64,000 nucleotides of DNA from Torpedo marmorata (taxonomy: Eukaryota). Shown here one piece after another: positions 46,758 through 59,545 of this stretch. A program made the position numbers and the translations under genes. The notes below the pieces were generated by a model. That model was not told the DNA's origin. It searched no databases and worked only from the letters and a program-made list of their open reading frames with translations. How positions within the stretch are numbered: position 1 is the first letter of the stretch; each line of letters opens with the position of its first letter. The stretch is from positions 160,146,001 through 160,210,000 of the forward strand of contig OZ360219.1 of assembly GCA_977017645.1 (NCBI GenBank). The letters are read 5' to 3'.

Positions 46758-47510
46758 ATATAGATTAGTACAATATAATTTTTTTCATCAAATATATTTT
46801 ACACCTAAAAAATTAAAGAAATTTAATCCGACATTATCTGATTTCTGTTTTAGATGTAATAGAGAGGAAGGTTATTTTGTACACTCCACATGGCTTTGTC
46901 CAAAGATATACGATTTCTGGTTGAAAGTTTAAAAGTTTTTAGACAAAGTATTAAGAATTACACTTCCAATGGATCCTATGATATTTTTGTTTGGAGATAT
47001 TAAAAGAATTAGTATTAAGTTGAAATTAAATATATATCAAATAGAATTTTTGAGAATTGCTTTGGCTGTTTCAAAGAAATGCATTGCTATTACTTGGAAA
47101 TCTAATGTAGATTTAGGGTTAGAAAGATGGCATGCAGAACTTTGTTCAGCTATACCACTTGAAAAAATTACTTATAATTTACGTAATAAATATCATTTCT
47201 TTTTGAAAATATGGAGCCCATATATAAAAACTGTTGGTTTCAGGATTTGAAGATCTCTGGATATCAGATCTGACTGGCGAACCTATCTTCCACAATAAAA
47301 TCAGCTTATAGTTGTTCTTTTTTAGATTGACACTCTCCTTACTTTATCTTTTTCTTTCTTTCTTTCTTTTTATTTTAGTAGATTAGTAGGGGTGGGAGGG
47401 GAGGGAGGGAGGAGGGGGTGAAAATGTATCAAATGTATTTTGATAATTTTGCATTTTATAATATGTATTATTGTATGATTTAAAATTTTAAGTAAAATAT
47501 ATTTTTTTAA

Positions 47511-49210
47511 TTATATTTAACACCTAAGAAACTAAAGAAATGTAATTAGAGACTATCAGATTTATGTTTTAGATGTAATAGAGAGGAAGGCTCCTTTGTA
47601 CATTCTACGTGACTTTGTCCAAGGATACATGCTTTTTGGCTGAAAGTTAAAAAGTTTTTAGACAAAGTATTAAGAATTACCGTATTTGACGGCATATAGG
47701 ACCCACTGGCATATAGGACCCCTATTTTCAGCGTGAGATTTCAGGAAAAAATTGTTTTAGTGTATTTACCTTCACAGCAGCAACACGTCCTCCTGCCCAC
47801 CGAGGCTCAGGCTGCTTCCCCCCCACCGTCCAAACGCTAATTGATTGACAGGTGTGTCGGCACCTGCGGGCACGCGAGGGTGGGAGGGAGAGAAGCCAGG
47901 ACAACGGGCAGGGCCCAGGCCCACCATCGCGGGGAGCAGACAATCGATTGCTTGCTTTGAGGGGAGCGCTGGGCCTCGGTGATAGGCTCCACACTGAGCC
48001 TTTGTTTGACACGCATGGCCCCCCCGAACAGATTGAATGAGGCGCAGGGGCGGGTGGCAGTGAGCGAGCGGCCTGTTGAGCTGAGTTAGACAGGCCGCTC
48101 GCTCACTGCCACCCGCCCCCGCACCTCATTCAATTTGCTCGAGGGTCCGTGCTCGTCGAACAAAGCCTGATCATCGAGGCCCAGCACTCCCCTCAAAGCA
48201 CTGTTGGTGAGAATGAACAAGTGGGCGAAGGCGGGGAGCGAGCGGGCGGGGGCGGGGAGCGAGCGAGCGAAGGGAGCGGGCGTGGGCAGGGAGCGAGCGA
48301 GCGGGGGCGGGGAGCGAGCGAGGGCAGGGAGCGAGAGGGCGAGGAGCGAGCGAGCGGGGGGAGCGGGCGAGAGCGAAGGCGAGCGAGCGTGGGGAGAGAG
48401 CGGGTGAGAGCGAGCGAGCGGGCGGGGAGAGCGAACGGGAAGGAGGGAGAGAGCGAGCCTTCTTACCGAAGGAAGTGAGCAGCGGCGACTCCGGAAAGCA
48501 CGGGCCACCCAAGGGAAGGTGGTCCGCGAAGCTGCGGGCCTGCTTCCTGGACTCCACTTGGTGCCCAAAATGGCGGCACCAAAATGTCACCTTCGCGTAT
48601 AAGACCCGGGGTGGTTTTTGAGGCGATTTTTTTGGGGGAAAAAAAGGGGGGTCTTATATATGCCGTCAAATACGGTACACTCCCAATGAATCCTATGATA
48701 TTTTTGTTTGGAGATATTAAAAGAATTAGTATTAAAATGAGATTAAATATGTATCAAATAGAATTTTTGCAAATTGCTTTAGCTGTTTCAAAGAAATGCA
48801 TTGCTATTACATTGAAGTCTGATGTAGATTTAGGGTTAGAAAGATGGCATGCAGAACTTCGTTCATGTACACCACTTGAAAAAATTACAATCTACGCAAT
48901 AAATATAATTTCTTTTTGAAAATATGGAGCCCACATATAAAGATGTGGGTTTAAGGATTTGAGGATCTCTCGATATCAGGTCTGACTGGCAAACCTGTGT
49001 TCCACAATAAAATTAATGTATAGTTGTTTTTTTCTTTAGATTGACATTCTCCAATTACTATTCCTTTTTTCTTTCTTTCTACATTATATTAGAGGAGTAG
49101 GGGTGGGTGGGGAGGGTGAAAATATATCACATGTATTCTGATAATTTTACATTTTATAAACATGTATTATCGTGTGATTTAAAATTTTAAATAAAATATT
49201 TTTAAAAAAG
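47511..49210 (+). mobile_element. Short L1 3' fragment interrupted by a Tc2-like MITE
   Basis: LYLTPKKLKK...CFRC...MNPMIFLFGDIK...; 3' UTR with AATAAA and A-tail at ~49190-49209. Confidence 0.8.
47680..48675. mobile_element. Tc1/mariner Tc2-like non-autonomous DNA transposon
   Basis: TIRs CCGTATTTGACGGCATATA / TATATGCCGTCAAATACGG; TA TSD; removal restores the L1 sequence aagaatTAcac. Confidence 0.85.
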
Positions 49211-49526
49211 ATACAGCACAGTAACAGGTCCTTCCAGCCCACGAGCCCGTGCTGCCCAAAAATATACCCATGTGACCAATTAACCTACTAACGCCTCTCC
49301 AAAGGGAGTTCTATGTGAATCCTTCTCACTGCTCCCCATCTGTAATCCCTGCTGCATGCTATATATACGCTGTTTGACCAGCTGAGTTTCTCCAGCATTG
49401 TGTTTTCACTCGGCTCAGAGCATTGCCGCGACTCACAGAAACTGAACGCTTACTCACAGAATCAAACATCAGGGCATTGTCTTGCAGACCCATCACATAA
49501 CTCATTTCCTCTGGAAATATTTAAAA

Positions 49527-50585
49527 AAAAGTAAACACGAAAATCTGTAGACACCGTGGATGAAGTAAAAAACACAAAAGCTGGAGAACTCAGCAAGTCA
49601 AACAGTGTCTTTTATGTAGCAAAGGTAGAAATACATAACCGACGTTTCAGGCTTGAGCCCTTCTTCAAAGTATGAGAAAATGCCGGCAGACGTCCGAACA
49701 AAGGAGTGAGGGGGGAAGGGGGGTGGGAAAGGCAGGAGATGATAGGTGGAGAAAGGAGGGAGGGGACAGCAGCAAAGAGGGGGAGGAGGGATGGCTGGTT
49801 GGGTGGAAAAAAACAGGAAGTACAGGTGAGGGGGAGGGGAAGGGAACAACAAGCAGGTTTAGTGGAAAGCAGAAAAGTCAATGTTAATTCCATCTGGCTG
49901 GAGAGTGCCGAGACGGAATATGAGATGTTGTTCCTCCAATTTGCGGGTAGTCTGGGTGGGATAGTACATGAGGCCATGGACAGACATGTGAGTGTGGGAG
50001 TGTGACCCAGAATTGAAATGGTTGGCTACTGGGAGGTCGCTGTTGTTGCGGACGGAGAGGAGGTGCTCAGCAAAGCGGTCTCCCAATCTACGACCGGTCT
50101 CTCCGATGTATAGAAAGCCACAAAGGGAGCAGTAGATAAGTCCTCTGGATGTACAAGTGAAGTGTAGTTTCACTTGAAAGGCCTGTTTGGGGCCCTGGAC
50201 CGTGGTGAGGGGGGAGGTGTGGGCGCAGGTGTTGCACCTCCTGCGGGCACAGGGGAAGGTTCCGTCCGGGGGTGCGATGGGTGGGGAGGGACGAGTGCAC
50301 GAGTGAATCACGGAGGGAGCGGTCCCTACGGAAGGCCGAGAGGGGAGGAGAATGAAAAATGTGTCTGGTGGTGGGATCCTGCAGCAAGTGCCGGAAATTC
50401 CGGCGGATAATGTGTTGGATGCGGAGGCTGGTGGGGTGGTAGGTGAGGATGAGGGGTATTCTATGTTTGTTGCGTCTGGGAGCAGAGGGGGCCAGGGCAG
50501 ATGAGCGGGAAATGGAGGAGATGCGGGTGAGGGCTGAGTTGATGGTGGTGGAGGGGAAGCCACGTTTGTGGAAAAAGGCAGACAT
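49527..50585 (-). mobile_element. Penelope-like retroelement 3' portion (GIY-YIG endonuclease plus pseudo-LTR)
   Basis: FPCARRRCNTC...LIYCSLCGFLYIGETGRRLGDRFAEH...VANHFN...EQHLIFRLGTLQPDGIN; candidate TSD catttc(c)tctggaaatat at ~49503-49520 and ~50583-50599. Confidence 0.88.
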
Positions 50586-50829
50586 TTCTCTGGAAATATC
50601 CTCTCCCAAAGTCTCTCATCCCAATCCTGTACAGCCCACTTCCACCTCCTTCCAATTAGAACTGTTTCTGCTCCCTTTCTTGAGAGTCCTATTAGAAATG
50701 TCTTGGCAGACCAACTGTTTTGGCTGCTCTTGCCTCTCCCAGAACTTATCCAGTCCAATCCTTATTCGATCCTTCCTCCCTTAATCCGATCCCTTCCCAT
50801 ATACAGATTATCCAATCCCTTCATAGTTT

Positions 50830-51085
50830 CTGCTACCTCCAGTTAGATGCCACCTCCAGACACATCATTCCCTCCCCTTTCAGAACTTTGAAAGGACTAC
50901 TTCTTCCATGACCCTCTAGTCCACTCTTTCTTCTCACAGTGCTTGCCCACACAACCACGAGAGACAGCACCTGCCCTTTTACCACTGCTTGTCATTCAGG
51001 GACACAAGTAGATCATCCAGAAGAAGGAGTGATTCACTTGTACTTCTTCCAATAAACTGTATTGCACTGGGTGTTCAAAAATGCA
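50830..51085 (+). mobile_element. Older degenerate Penelope endonuclease fragment
   Basis: Plus-strand similarity to the reverse complement of ~50130-50390 (gatgccacctccagacacatc..., ttcacttgtacttcttcc). Confidence 0.5.
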
Positions 51086-51420
51086 CCCTACTGCAGACAT
51101 TTCCACTGTACTCCAACTGTCTGCAACTTAATGCATTCTTGTTTTCTTGCTTCTCCACTTCAAGTGTTGGGACCTTGATCCAAAATGTGGAATCTGTTCA
51201 TTTCCCAGATAATGCTACTTGACCCAAGTGCTTCCAACATTTTTAGTTTTTTTTCTCCCCAGATTTCAGTACAGGTTGTACATCTTTAATCCGGCAACGT
51301 TGAGACCTGGCCATTGCTGGACCACAGAAAATGCCAGAAAACAGAAATTGACCCCTTAGGGAACCCCCTATGTAAACATATCAAAGGTATAACAAAGCTT
51401 AAAACAGGAAATAATACTGT

Positions 51421-51742
51421 GGGGCGGCACAGTTAGCGTAGCGGCTAGCGCAAAGCCTTTACAGCTCCAGCGTTTGGGACCGGGGTTCAAGTCCCGTGCT
51501 GTCTGTAAGGAGTTTGTACTAACGGCAGCAGATTCAAACGTGCCACGGCACGGTTAGCGTAGCGGTTAGTGCAACGCCTTTACAGCACCAGCGATCGGGA
51601 CCGGGGTTCGAGTCCCGTGCTATCTGTTAGGAGTTTGTACTAACGGCGGCAGATTCAAACATGCCACGGCATGGTTAGCACAACACTTTGACAGCACCAG
51701 CGATCGGGACCGGGGTTCGAGTCCCGTGCTATCTGTAAGGAG
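51421..51742 (+). repeat. Tandem trimer of tRNA-derived SINE heads (121-bp period)
   Basis: Units start at ~51426, 51547 and 51668; each has box B GGTTC(G/A)AGTCC, and the first two have box A TAGCGTAGCGG. Confidence 0.75.
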
Positions 51743-52429
51743 TGTGTGTGTGTGTGTAAAGCCCAGACCATTACAGTCTGTGCCCAACCACAAAAATGGA
51801 AAACCTTCCCCAAAACCCCCAGGTCAGTCATAAAAATAAGTCAGTCCCAAAAATACAGTCCACAAAAATTCACTCTCTATGTTCAGGGTCCAAATTCAGC
51901 TCTGTGTGCTGGCAAGAAGGATTTCTTAATGAACGTTGGAGAGAGAGAGAGACAATGACTGTTTAAGCTTACGAATGCTTGGCCTGCTTTTCTTCTCTGA
52001 TGACTTTCCCTTTTGGGAGATTCACAAGGATTGCGACTCCAAATCAGTATACCACTGATTGAGGCGTGTACTTGGATCTCACAGCCTGTCTCGCTGATCT
52101 CACGCCTGTTCTTCACAAAAGTTGTTTTAACTCAGGATTTTGCTGATACAGGAGGCCATGTGCTATTCTCCCAGCCTTTTCCCCTGGGATGCACCAGCCT
52201 TTGCAACTCCAAACACAACTGAATCTGAATGCTTTTTGCAGAGGTTTGCACCTGCTTTTGCAAAAGTGCAACAAAGTATCTCTCCACAGTCTGTCTCTCT
52301 CTGGTGTTTCTCTCTCTGAGTCCTGGGCAAGTTAACTCTTTCAGTACCTGGTCCCAGTGTGTACTCCAAAAGACTTCATCCTTCCTGCTGACCGTCCTCA
52401 GTCCAAATGGTCAGTCATGGTCCATAACA
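51743..52429 (-). mobile_element. Truncated LTR of the 40704-41609 family
   Basis: Reverse complement starts TGTTATGGACCATGACTGACC; the copy breaks at the internal (CA)n tract. Confidence 0.8.
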
Positions 52430-53156
52430 ATTTCTATAATAAAAATGCTACAAATACTGAAGGTAGGCAGCAACTCTGAGCAAAAATAGAGCTACGTTTT
52501 CAGGTGAATGACTCGTTATGGGTCTTCCTAACTTTTTGCCAGTTTACAGTTTTGCTGCTCATACCTCGTACATTCGAAGTTATCCTTGCAAAAAAGAAAA
52601 CAGCAATTAATTTCATTGGTATCAAGAAGAGTGGAAGGCTAAGAGCAGTTTTAAACTGCATTTAGCAATAATTCAACACTATCTTTCGTAAGCGAGAAGT
52701 CAAGGAGGTGGATTTCTGAGGAAATTTTCTGACTGTTGTTTAACCTCAGCAGAAGGAACTCTGAGAAACAAAATAACTTGAGTTGATGCAACTCACCCAT
52801 GAGAGCTGCAGCAATCAGGGGCATACCTTGCCGCAAAACCAATTCTACCATTCTTGCTTCAAATGTCTAATTTCTATTTTACATTAAATATTATGAAAGG
52901 AAAACAAAAATGAAACATTATTCTACTATTAATTCACATTATATCTGGTGAAACAAAATACTCAAAGCTATAATTAGAGTGCAGCCAGCATGTAACAGAT
53001 CAGTGAGCTGCAGATTCAATTTGGGCAGATCATTCAACTGGCATATTAAGAGATCACAAGTTTTCAGATTTGCTGGTTGTGGTATTTAATTAGCTTGCCT
53101 ATCTATTATCACTGTGCCTTGAATAAATTGCATATATTAAAGCTCTCGGCACTTAA

Positions 53157-53622
53157 TAAGTCAAGTCACCTTTATTTGTCGTTCATTACCATATACACAG
53201 TAAGACGAGATAGCGTTTCTCCAGGACCATGGGAAAATGTACATAAATATCATAATACAATATAAAAAAACTATAACATGCTCAAACACATATATATCTA
53301 AAAATTGAGGAGCCTGATGACTTGGTGGAAAAAACTGTTGCACAATCTAGACGTACGAGCCCGAATGCTTCGGTACCTCCTTCCAGATGGCAAAAGGGAA
53401 AAAAGTTTACCAAAGGGGTGTGAGAAGTCCTTCACAATGTTATTAGCCTTCCTCATGCATCGTGTGTTGTAGATGTCCATCATGGTGGGAAGAGAGGCAC
53501 CAATAATTTTCTCCGCTGACCCCACTATCCTCTGCAGGGTCTTTCGGTCAGAGATGGTACAGTTTCCAAACCAAGCGGTGATGCAATTGCTCAGAATACT
53601 TTCAATACATCCCCTGTAGTGC
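53157..53622 (-). mobile_element. Rex1/Babar-type LINE 3' fragment
   Basis: YRGCIESILSNCITAWFGNC...LLPSGRRYRSIRARTSRLCNSFF. Confidence 0.8.
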
Positions 53623-53626
53623 ATTA

Positions 53627-54012
53627 TCAGAATTTATTGTCATGAACAAGTCATGAAATTCGGTGTTTTGTGGCAGCATCATAGTGCAAACATTCATACT
53701 ATAACCATCTTACAACATTACTATAAAAAATAAAAATAATAGTGCACGAAAAGTAAGGCAGTGTCTTTGGTTCATTGATTATTCAGGAATCTGATGGCAG
53801 CGGGGAAGAAGCTGTCCTTGTGTCGAGTGCTCGTCTTTAGGCTCCTGTACCTTTTTCCCCGATGGTAGCAGAGTGAAGAGGGCATGGCCTGGGTGGTGGG
53901 GGTCTTTGAGGATAGAGGCTGCTTTTTTAAGACACCGCCTCATGTAGATGTCCTCGATGGAGTAAAGTCTGGTGCCTGTGATGTCGCAGGCCGAGTTAAC
54001 AACCCTCTGGAG
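53627..54012 (-). mobile_element. Rex1/Babar-type LINE 3' fragment (same subfamily as 14159-14866)
   Basis: LQRVVNSACDITG...HPGHALFTLLPSG; nucleotide match to 14160-14550. Confidence 0.8.
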
Positions 54013-55501
54013 TTGGCGTCTCCAATCAATCAAGTTGAAAATTATGAGGTTGGCTTATTTTCTGCACTTTTTCTTGACTGAATCAATGTCATGGAGAAAC
54101 TGAGCGCACATTCTCCCCACTCAACTGCAGTCTTTTTAGTTTGTATGAAAACCATTTGCATTAATTGAAGATTAAGACAATTTATATGCTGCAAGTAGAA
54201 TGATTTGAACTCACTCACTATCATACTTTGAGACTTATAACTAAATGAATAGAATTACAGATCATTTCCCATTTCCTTCATTTATTACATTAAAATAAAG
54301 TTACAAGAAATTGTGAATGTTGCAACAGAACATGATTTTTTTTTTTTAAATTTTAGACATACAGCACGGTAACAGGCCCTTCCAGCCCCCGAGCCCATGC
54401 CGCTCAAAAACATCAATTAACCTACAACCATACGTTTTTGAAAGGTGGGAAGAAACCGAAGCACCCGGAGGAAACCCATGTAGGTCATGGGGTGTGTAAG
54501 AGCCGTAGGCTCATTAACTTACCGTTGTTGCGGCGCTCCGATGTCTTGTCGGGTTGTGGAGCGCTTGCGTTGTTATGTAGGCCGTCCTCGGCCCGTTCTG
54601 TGCTCTGCGCATGCGCTGGAGTGCCGACGGGCGCATGCGCAGTGTGGAGTGACGTCATTGTGCGCGGTGTAGTTTGGGAAATGTAGTATGCGCGGTGGGG
54701 GGTGCGCAGTGATATAGGAGCGACGGGGCATGCGCGAATTAGAGAATAGGAGAAGGAATAAGATGTAGGAGGGTGAGTGAGATCTCCATATCTTTATTGA
54801 CCGTTTTATATCGTTTTATAACGTCTTATACATCGTTTTGGAATTGTTTAAGGAATCATTTAAAGAAACTCATCATACATCGTTTTCAAGAACTGTTTAT
54901 ATTGAAGTCATTGAAGATTACTGCAAGTCACGTGTGTAAATAAAGATTTTGAACATATTGGACTTTGTTGGTAAATTAATTAAAACGCGTCAAAGACAAG
55001 TATCTCACTTAGCCTCCAGGTGACTATTGTTGGATCGAAGTCACCATATTATAGTCAATAAAGTGCTGGCTGTTTGGAACAGAAAATTGAAGGAAAGAAG
55101 ATAGAATAATCTCTCTGTGCTTTGGACTGATATTTAAAATGGCGGCCATCTTGGAGATGCCTCGAGTTGAGGGCAGTTTGTAATCCACATCCATCTGCCA
55201 TGAATAACAGCCAGAGAGGGATTTAAAGTTTCAAATCTTATAGAAAAGTGTCCTATAAATACGTTGGAGAAACTATTTTTGGAAAATTAGTGATATTATT
55301 GACGGATGTTGTGGTTGAAACTCGTTTGTGGATTGCAGCACATTACAGTCATTTGAAGTGGTAGGCATAAGTCTGTGGACTCCTTCTGTGTATCTTTAGC
55401 AAGTAAGAACACAGATTGGAATTGCTGCCGCTGGTCCATTGGGGACTGTTGTTTGGCAAGTGTTGTGTATGCTTGAAGGAAAGAGGAACAAGACGAGTAA
55501 A

Positions 55502-58500
55502 ATGGCCGCAGCAGCCTCTGATACAGCAGCTACTGAGGTATCAGCAGCTGACGCAGCAACCGTTGATGTTGCTGTTGAGGACCAATGTATTGAAGACATG
55601 AAGGTTTCGGATATTAAAGAAGAATTGAAGCGACTGAAAAAGGATATAAGTGGAAATAAAAAGGTTCTTATCGAAAGATTGAAGCAGGCAAAGGATGAAG
55701 AGGCAGCTTCATTAAATGAACAAGAAGATAACTTGGAAATGGCAGAAATTGTGTCACCAAATGATGAAGAAATTGAAGTGGTTGAAAATGCAAAGGATAT
55801 ACAATTTGAATTGGATAAAGAGGTAAGTATGAAGACAGCATATGAACTGCAGGACGAAATACAAGCAAGTGACAGTGTCTCAAATGCTGTAAGCAGGAGA
55901 AGCAAAAGAAGTTCTGGTTCAAGCTCCAGAGTTTCTCGTACTTCAAGTTCTGCATCGTCACGTACAAAGGTTGATATTAAATTGGCCGCTCTTCTTGCAC
56001 AACAAAAAACGCTTAAGGATAAATTTATTTTAGAACAAGAGGAGGAGCAGCTGAGACAAAATGAGAAGCAGCTAAAGGAGCAGCTAAGACAAAATGAGAA
56101 GCAGCTAAAGGAGCAGCTAAGACAAAAGGAGGAGCAGCTAAAGGAGCAGCTAAGACAAGAGAAGGAGCAGCTAAGGCAGAGAAAAGAACAGCAGGAGCTG
56201 GAAGCAAACATTGCTATTGCCAAGGCAGAAAAGAAAGCAATAAAAGGCTCAATGGTATCTGGTGCTAGAAGTAAATTATCTAAATTGTCTGATAATAAAA
56301 GGTCATATTTAAAAAAGGTGTCACAGGAAAAGAAACCAACCAAAAGGATAGATATTTTAGAACCAAGGATACAAAACTTACATATACAAGGACAAACCTT
56401 TCAAGAGCATATTGGTATCGAGTCACATGTACCAATGGTGACATCTGAAAGTAAAGCTGCGGCTTGGGTTCGGTCGAACGAAGCAGCTTCTTTGTTATAT
56501 GAGTCAAGCATCAGAAATATGGAAGAAACTACACCAGTGAGGTTTCCAGATACATTGCATGCAAGAAGAGACGGTGAACAGAGCAATGTATTGTCATCCA
56601 AGGAAAGACAAAATGAAACTGCTGCATCATTGTTTCAGTTACAGTCTCTCTCTTCTTTACCCAAGAAAGAGATACAAACTTTTGATGGTGATCCACTTCA
56701 ATATCAATCATTTATGAGATATTTCAAACGCAATTTTGAAGATAAATGTCAAGATCGTGATGAATGTCTTTATTATTTGGAAATGTTCACAAAGGGACAT
56801 CCAAAAGAATTGGTAAAGAGTTGTAAACAAATGTCTTCAAAAAGAGGATTAGACAAAGCTAAGGCTTTATTGGAACAATATTTTGGCAACAAGCATCGAA
56901 TTGCTTTAGCTTATATGGATAAAGCTCTTAAATGGACATCAATAAAACAAAATGATGTAAAGGCTCTGCAAGAATATACTTTGTTTTTAAGAGGATGTTG
57001 TAATGCTATGGAAGAAATCGATAATATTCGTGAGCTTGAAGTGCATAGTAATATGCGAATCATCTTAGAAAAATTACCTTACAAGTTATGGGATAGATGG
57101 AGAGATTTGGCTTGTGATTTACAAGTAGATTACGGTCGAAAAATTACCTTAAAGGATTTGGTAAATTTTCTTGAACGACGGGTGTACGTTGAAACAGATC
57201 CACTATATGGAAATGCCAGAGATAATTCAATGGGCAAAGATGTAAGGAAGTCTAACACACAGTCTAGTCCGAAAGTGAAAAGGAGTACTTTTGCTACTAA
57301 TGTGCAAGTTATAAGTAAAGAAAAGGACAAAGTAAATAAGGAAAAGGAAAGTTTGCCTAATGAAAAGAGTTGTTTGTTCTGTAAAGGTGGACATGCTTTG
57401 GAAATGTGTTTACGATTGGAAAAGAAGGATCATAAGGAAAAGATCGCTTTCTTAAAGGAAAATGGAATATGTTTTAGCTGTCTGTGTAAAGGACACATCA
57501 GTAAAAACTGCGAGAAGCGAATTAATTGTAACATATGCAATTTGAAACATCCTAGAATTTTGCATATCCATAACAGAAACAAGGAATTGGAAAAGGAGCA
57601 AACAGAAACAAAGGAAACAACAGAAAATAATGTTATAACCTCGGTTCAGACAAGTGGTCTTACTGGGGCCGGTGTGGATAACTGCAAACTTTCAATAGTG
57701 CCTGTACAAGTCAAGGCCAAGAAAGGGGATGTAATAGTAAAAACATATGCATTTTTAGACCCAGGCAGCACTGCATCTTTTTGCACGGAGGGACTAATGA
57801 ATAAACTTAATATTCAAGGAAGAAGATCAAGAATTATGTTAAAAACCATGGGACAAGAAAGGGTTGTTGAAACTAACATTGTTTCAGGCTTAGAGGTTGG
57901 TGGATTATATGACAAAAAATTTTGTGATCTTCCAAGTGTATATACTCAGAAGACTATGCCTGTGAATGAAGGAAATATTCCTCATCAAAGGGATATCCAT
58001 CATTTAGCTTATCTGTGGAAGGTTTATTTACCTGAAATTAATTCTGAGATAGAAATGCTGATTGGTTCAGATGTGCCAAAGGTTTTGGTACCAAAAGAAG
58101 TAATAGAGAGTAAAAGGAATGGACCTTATGCTGTTAAAACCATGCTTGGTTGGACAATCAATGGACCACTGGAAAGAAATAATGATATTGCTCAGGAACA
58201 GTCAGCGATAAATATTAATAGAATTTCAGTTGTGAAAGTTGAAGAGTTAAGCGAAGAGCAAAATACTGTGAATAAGAAAATCACTTTTGAGGAAAAGAAA
58301 ACTGATCAATGTGAAAATAAATCAAAGGTATTTAAAACAACATTGAAGGAATTATTTTCATCAAAAATGGATGAAAGTGAGGTATTAGAAGATGTTGCAA
58401 ATAATACTATTGATCATTCATGTGTAATTGAATCAAATACAGGAATAAAACAAGTGACTGAAAACAAATCTGAATGTAGATTTTGTAGTTCAGAGATTAC

Positions 58501-59325
58501 AACAGACAAAGCTAATGAATATTGCAATGTGATGTAAAACTGGAAAACACAGAAAATTGTGCTGATGGAATAAAGAATAATGTGAATGATAATTTAATGC
58601 AATTGAATTCAGAGAACAAAATGTTGAAAGGGGAATAGGAAATATTAGATAATCAAGAAAACAGTAAACAGAAAGATTTAATTGTAAGTAAAACTCGCAA
58701 AGTCAGAAAGCGGAAGAAAAGAATAACTGCTGAAGAAATGAATACAGTTATTGAGGAAAGAGATTCAGCATTATCAAAATGTAAAAGGTTGGAGGAAGAG
58801 ATTAATGTTTTGAAAGAGAACAAGTTATTGGTTAATAACACAAAACAGTTGACTTTAAAAACCAATCAAGAATGTAAATTGAATGTTCAACAATTAACAA
58901 TGCAGAAAGAATGTGATATTGCATTGCAGAAATGTAACAAACAAGATGAAGAAATTAAAAAATTTCAAGTTTGTCGCAACAGGATTGACAATGGAAATAT
59001 CAATGTATCACATGATATTTTGACTTCAGATCAAATTATTAATTTCTCGGAAAGAACTGAGACTGAATTGAAAGTTGCAAAATTGGATTTAGAATTGCAG
59101 GAAAGAGCCATAGAAACCAGAGTGGTTAAACAGACCTGTTTAAAATCGAAAGGATCAGATAAATATTCAAATTCTAATTCTAAGAGTTTAAATTCTTCAC
59201 ATGAGAAGTGGAATACTGAAGAAAGGAATAAAGTGAAACGACATGCTGAAGAAGTGCCTTGTGTTAAATTCAAAAGAAAAACTGTATCTATTTTGTTTGA
59301 GGAAGATTTGAGGTTTACTGGTTGA
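55502..59325 (+). pseudogene. SAP-Gag-protease-MIPOL1-like ORF of BEL copy 2, disrupted in the C-terminal part
   Basis: Open to 58537; 4-bp deletion near 58520 relative to copy 1 and a TAG at ~58636; the C-terminal frame 58738-59325 matches copy 1. Confidence 0.85.
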
Positions 59326-59354
59326 CGTTTTAACTCAGATTATGGAGATAAAAG

Positions 59355-59545
59355 AGCTTTAAAGAGACATTGTGATTATTATGAATAATTCAACTTCAAG
59401 AAACTCCTGGTTACTTGGAAAAATTATTGAGACTTTTCAAGACAAAAGAGGACTTGTGCGTCAAGTGCGAATTAAAGCTAAGACTGGTTTTCTAAACAGA
59501 CCTATTAACAAGGTCTGTCTTTTGTTGGAGACAGAGGAACTTTGA
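59355..59545 (+). pseudogene. BEL integrase C-terminal (DUF5641-like) remnant, copy 2
   Basis: DIVIIMNNSTSRNSWLLGKIIETFQDKRGLVRQVRIKAKTGFLNRPINKVCLLLETEEL*. Confidence 0.75.

Larger units (their letters stand above)
40004..47510 (+). mobile_element. Degenerate L1 (partial ORF1, ORF2, 3' UTR) with a repeated ORF2 C-terminal segment
   Basis: ORF1 motifs RRNNVKIVGLPE and ELDRAHR; ORF2 from ~42327. The segment beginning AWIRIELNNIGED occurs at ~44970 and again at ~45635. Nested solo LTR and CR1. Confidence 0.85.

Noticed and set aside
48086-48590. Pro/Arg/Ala-rich ORFs
   Set aside because: Translations of low-complexity (GAGC)n sequence inside a MITE.
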